From positions 1 through 51,020 of IMG/VR virus record IMGVR_UViG_3300005286_000507: DNA of 51,020 nt; one strand, 5' to 3'. Below the pieces are notes generated by a model. It was not told the DNA's origin. It saw only the letters and a list, made by a program, of their open reading frames with translations, and ran no database searches. The translations under genes were made by a program, and so were the position numbers. Positions 47,355 through 51,020 of the stretch are shown here, in pieces. How positions within the stretch are numbered: the stretch's first letter is position 1; each line of letters starts with the position of its first letter. Source of the DNA: a virus. Lineage: Duplodnaviria > Caudoviricetes.

Positions 47355-47859
47355 ATTTCCTGACATATTTCTTTCGAGAAGTATGAAAAGTGATTCTGAT
47401 TTTTTCTAATGAGTGTTCACCAAGATCAAAATACAGTGTCTTTCTGATTGTTTCAAACGGTTCAATAATAACAGGAAGCATGAGTACATTACTCTTGAAC
47501 GTTAAACTGTCAATGTCATGGTATTGCACAGGTTGCCTTAACAATAAGTGCTCAATTCCGCCAATAACAATTGCTATTTCATAGATTGATATTGGATGGA
47601 CAGATTTATTTATGAAATTAAATTCTATACAAAGACCGGAAGTATGAACACTTCGGTCTGCAACGGGCTGGCCCCACTCATCTTTTTTGTAACTAAATAT
47701 CTTGAAGTAGAATGGATCAGATCCTTTTGCGAGTTCAAATCGAACGGCTGATCTCTCTTTTAAGTGCCGCGATACGTTCATGCCTAAGGATATTAGCCCT
47801 GCGACTCCGCCGATGATCGGCAATACAACTGTAAGCAAGTTATCAATAGAAAAGTACAT
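47323..47859 (-). CDS. Counter-oriented membrane-anchored moron protein
   Basis: GGGAGG RBS before MYFSIDN; N-terminal TM; AT-rich. Confidence 0.7.
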   Translation of the reverse strand: MYFSIDNLLTVVLPIIGGVAGLISLGMNVSRHLKERSAVRFELAKGSDPFYFKIFSYKKDEWGQPVADRSVHTSGLCIEFNFINKSVHPISIYEIAIVIGGIEHLLLRQPVQYHDIDSLTFKSNVLMLPVIIEPFETIRKTLYFDLGEHSLEKIRITFHTSRKKYVRKFNVPSVPNQE

Positions 47860-47939
47860 GATTTGCCTCCCTTTTAGTCGTACTTCGACAACATGGGAGG
47901 TTTTTCCTTGCAAACAAACGTTCTAAGGAGGACTCAATT

Positions 47940-48173
47940 ATGGCAACCATCAATAACAAAATTGTATTAGAGGCAGATCCACGGAAGCCGATTCCAGAAA
48001 TTTGTTCAGTCATCACACACTTCCTGCAGATGTGGCCGGGGAGTGAGAAATTGATCTTGGAAGGGGTGAAAAAAGAAATTGAAGGAACATTGGCCAATCT
48101 TGAAAAAGCGCAGACGAAGCCCATGCCGGCCGCGAGACCGACCAACAACCGCAGACGCAAGAAGAGAAAATAA
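47940..48173 (+). CDS. Hypothetical protein
   Basis: AAGGAGG RBS; terminator at 48172-48195. Confidence 0.65.
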   Translation: MATINNKIVLEADPRKPIPEICSVITHFLQMWPGSEKLILEGVKKEIEGTLANLEKAQTKPMPAARPTNNRRRKKRK

Positions 48174-48212
48174 GCCCCTCTGAGGGCTTTTTATTATGGG
48201 GGTGGGGATTGG

Positions 48213-48581
48213 GTGAACAATCCGGAGATGCAGGAATTAACCAAACTGAGCGTTGGTCTGGCTAAGGTAGAGGTAGCTCAGGAGCAGACAGCCGCAGCAT
48301 TGTCCAGGATGTCGGGTAGCATTGACCGGCTTGTTGACCGGCTGGAAAAGTCCGACGACATTGCACGCGAAGCCTTTGAGAAGGTCAAGTCGGCGCAACA
48401 CCAGATCAACGAACAGAAGGGCCGTCTAGACGACACCAACCGGCATTATGACGGCGAGGTACGAGCGCTTAATGCGCGGATCGATTCGGAAAACGAGAAG
48501 CGCAAGCAAGGAAATCGCTGGGTTGCCGGAATGGTCTTTACTGCAGCAAGTTTCGTTGTTGCAATCATCAAACTATTCTAG
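48213..48581 (+). CDS. XhlA-like lysis-associated protein
   Basis: Coiled coil plus C-terminal TM, before the holin. Confidence 0.65.
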   Translation: MNNPEMQELTKLSVGLAKVEVAQEQTAAALSRMSGSIDRLVDRLEKSDDIAREAFEKVKSAQHQINEQKGRLDDTNRHYDGEVRALNARIDSENEKRKQGNRWVAGMVFTAASFVVAIIKLF

Positions 48582-48595
48582 GAGGCTAAATAATC

Positions 48596-48943
48596 ATGCA
48601 AGCATATATCGATCAAGTCGTGCAGGCCCTCGTTGGCCTGCTTGTTGTCTTTGTCCTGGGCGTCATCGCGTCCCTGCGCGTAAAGGTTAACGCCTGGCTG
48701 GCGAGCCGAACGACAGCCCAGCAGCGGGAAATCCTACATCGGTTGGCGACGGAGGGCATGGCATTGGCCGAGGCCACTTATGCATCTCTGGACGGCCCAG
48801 CCAAACTAAACAGGGCACTCCAGTATGTCGTAGAACGTGCGAGCGCATATGGGATCGACGTCTCTGTGGAGACGATCAGGGCGGCCGTAGAAAAGGTGGT
48901 CCTCGAATACAACAGCAAGGTAAAAAGCGGTGAAGGTCAATGA
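48596..48943 (+). CDS. Holin (LL-H-like)
   Basis: N-terminal TM; AEATY..GPAKLNRA..IRAAVEKVV. Confidence 0.8.
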   Translation: MQAYIDQVVQALVGLLVVFVLGVIASLRVKVNAWLASRTTAQQREILHRLATEGMALAEATYASLDGPAKLNRALQYVVERASAYGIDVSVETIRAAVEKVVLEYNSKVKSGEGQ

Positions 48944-49758
48944 ACGTCGTCTACTACAGCCAAGAGGACAAGCGATGGGCAAACATCCCGTACACGATCC
49001 GCAACGACCCCAAGCAGACCATAGGCACGTCAGCTTGCGGACCAACCTGTCTAGCGATGGTCGTAGCGACATGGCGGGATAAGTCCATTAGGCCTTCTGA
49101 TACAGCAAAGTGGGCAATTGCACACGGATACAGGACGCCCAATGACGGCACGGCCTGGGGTTACTTTAAGGCGGCGGCCGAGAAGGAGTACGGTCTAAAC
49201 TGTAAACAGACTGGTAGCCTGGAGGAGGTTAAGCGGGCGCTCTCATTGGGGGCGCTCGTTATTGCGTCTATGGGGCCGGGAGACTTTACGGGCGGGGGGC
49301 ATTATATCCTGCTTGTGGGGATCAGCGGGCGCATGATCGATGTCTTTGACCCCAACCACGATAACACCAAATACGGCAAACTGGTTGACCAAGGGATCCG
49401 TAATGACGGCAAGGTACGGGCGGACGAGTCCGTATTCAAAGCGCAAGCGCGGCAGTATTGGATTTTTACCAAACCAATAAACGAGGAGGACGAACCGATG
49501 ACAGATACGGAGCGTAATCAATTTGAGGCGTTGGACAATAAGGTGGACAAGCTGACAAGTATGGTAACAACGCTCACGATGCAACTCGCGGCATCTAAAG
49601 AGCTTGTTCAGCCGCCGCCGTGGTTTGTGAATGAATTCGAGTGCGAAGGACAACCGAGTGTCCTGAAGAAGATGAGCGATCCGATCGGCACAACGGACTT
49701 TTGGAGATCGTTGGCCGTGTCTCTCCGGATGCAGGGGCTCGGCAAAAAAGGAGAGTAA
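48940..49758 (+). CDS. Endolysin candidate with C39-like papain-fold peptidase
   Basis: YYSQ, ACGPTCLAM, GHYILL, FDP; directly after the holin. Confidence 0.8.
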   Translation: MNVVYYSQEDKRWANIPYTIRNDPKQTIGTSACGPTCLAMVVATWRDKSIRPSDTAKWAIAHGYRTPNDGTAWGYFKAAAEKEYGLNCKQTGSLEEVKRALSLGALVIASMGPGDFTGGGHYILLVGISGRMIDVFDPNHDNTKYGKLVDQGIRNDGKVRADESVFKAQARQYWIFTKPINEEDEPMTDTERNQFEALDNKVDKLTSMVTTLTMQLAASKELVQPPPWFVNEFECEGQPSVLKKMSDPIGTTDFWRSLAVSLRMQGLGKKGE

Positions 49759-49764
49759 GGATTC

Positions 49765-49796
49765 AGCCCGGGAGCTTAGGCTCTTGGGCTTTTTTT
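49765..49796 (+). terminator. Terminator of the lysis operon
   Basis: AGCCCGGGAGC-TTAG-GCTCTTGGGCT-TTTTTT. Confidence 0.85.
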
Positions 49797-49922
49797 GTTA
49801 GGGGGGAGTGTACGAAAGAAAAGTAATCTATAAAAAAATCGTACACATAATTGTATGGGCCCAATCAAAATGGTAAAATACAAATGAACGAATTTGTGGC
49901 AATTTAACGGAGGTATCATACA

Positions 49923-51020
49923 ATGAGTGTTGAATCATACATTCCAAAACTTGTGAGGGCATGCCTTGATAACGATCATAGAACGTTAAGGTCAGTGTGT
50001 ACAAGAATTATAAGGAATATTAAATCAAGTCATCCAGGAGTGGCGAAGGAGATTGCTGATGCGCTTTCATATCATGGCATAGGATCTAAATCAATAAGGT
50101 CTGTTGGGATTGAAGCAACTCCACTTGACGCAGAGTCGAGAAAATCGCTTGCATCGGTTGAAGAACCAATTGAATTAAAAAAACCGGTATTATCAAAAAA
50201 GGTTGAAATGGTTATTAACGATTTTGTATTAGAAAGAGAGCAAGCGGCAAAATTAATAGCCGCAGGCCTAAATCCCCCTTCATCGTTGTTGCTTTATGGT
50301 CCTCCGGGTGTAGGAAAAACGTACTTAGCGCAGTATTTATCTGGTGTTTTTGGGTTAAAATTTGCTACATTAGACTTAGCGACATCAATGTCCAGTTATT
50401 TAGGGAAAACAGGGCAGAACCTAAAGAGTGTAATTGACTACGCTCGACAAGAGCCCACACTCCTATTTCTGGATGAATTTGATGCGGTTGCGAAGAAAAG
50501 AGATGATATGTCGGACCTAGGCGAATTGAAAAGGATTGTAAATGTGCTGTTAAAAGAACTTGAGGACTGGCCTGCTCATTCGGTAATTATGGCAGCCACA
50601 AATCATCCCGAACTACTGGACAGAGCAATATGGAGAAGGTTTGATCGAATAATTGAATTAGAAAAACCAGGAGAGGAGGAAAGGTTGGTTTTATTTAATG
50701 AACAATTTAATTCATTCTCAGATGAAAAGATATCTCATTATTTTGATTTATTAGTTGAATTAACAGTTGGATTTTCTTGTGCAGATATATGTAAGTTAAG
50801 TGAACGATCCAAGCGTAAAGCAATTATAACGGGAAATAATATTACTAAAATTGTTTTTAAGGAGCTTGCGGATTTTTCGGGAAATAAGGATTCAACGTTT
50901 AATAAACAATTTTCAATAGCAGCCAGGAAACACTTAAAATTATCGATTCGAGAAATTGCAGAATGGTTAGAGAAACCGGCTTCAACTGTTCAATATTATT
51001 TAAAACCAAAAGGAGAATAG
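49923..51020 (+). CDS. AAA+ ATPase, IetA-like cargo gene
   Basis: GPPGVGKT, LFLDEFD, AATNHPELLDRAIWRRFD; AT-rich. Confidence 0.85.
   Translation: MSVESYIPKLVRACLDNDHRTLRSVCTRIIRNIKSSHPGVAKEIADALSYHGIGSKSIRSVGIEATPLDAESRKSLASVEEPIELKKPVLSKKVEMVINDFVLEREQAAKLIAAGLNPPSSLLLYGPPGVGKTYLAQYLSGVFGLKFATLDLATSMSSYLGKTGQNLKSVIDYARQEPTLLFLDEFDAVAKKRDDMSDLGELKRIVNVLLKELEDWPAHSVIMAATNHPELLDRAIWRRFDRIIELEKPGEEERLVLFNEQFNSFSDEKISHYFDLLVELTVGFSCADICKLSERSKRKAIITGNNITKIVFKELADFSGNKDSTFNKQFSIAARKHLKLSIREIAEWLEKPASTVQYYLKPKGE

Larger units (their letters stand above)
346..51020. mobile_element. Temperate prophage (siphovirus-like); right end/attR lies beyond the window
   Basis: Canonical order integrase-immunity-replication-packaging-head-tail-lysis; long tape measure, no sheath gene. 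Confidence 0.95.

Overview
The window is almost entirely one temperate siphovirus-type prophage of a Bacillales host (Paenibacillaceae-like gene content; host assignment is an inference). Gene order: candidate attL, tyrosine integrase, immunity region (lipoprotein, LytTR, XRE, CI/Cro, BRO antirepressor, Xis), recombination/replication (SMC-like ATPase, HNH, RecT, MBL nuclease, initiator with iterons, loader, DnaB), an array of small accessory genes, ArpU-like activator, a highly structured non-coding region, second tyrosine recombinase, terminase/portal/head/tail, lysis (holin, C39-peptidase endolysin) and an AT-rich AAA ATPase cargo gene. attR is not in the window. The most striking observation is in the tail region. 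The variable C-terminal part of the tail-fibre gene plus two small downstream genes are bracketed by two 12-8-12 palindromic sites (41185-41216, 42313-42344) with perfectly complementary outer arms but different spacers. These lie next to a third, separately regulated XerD-like recombinase, suggesting natural recombinase-mediated cassette exchange of receptor-binding modules. All calls are from reading the sequence by eye; no searches were run.
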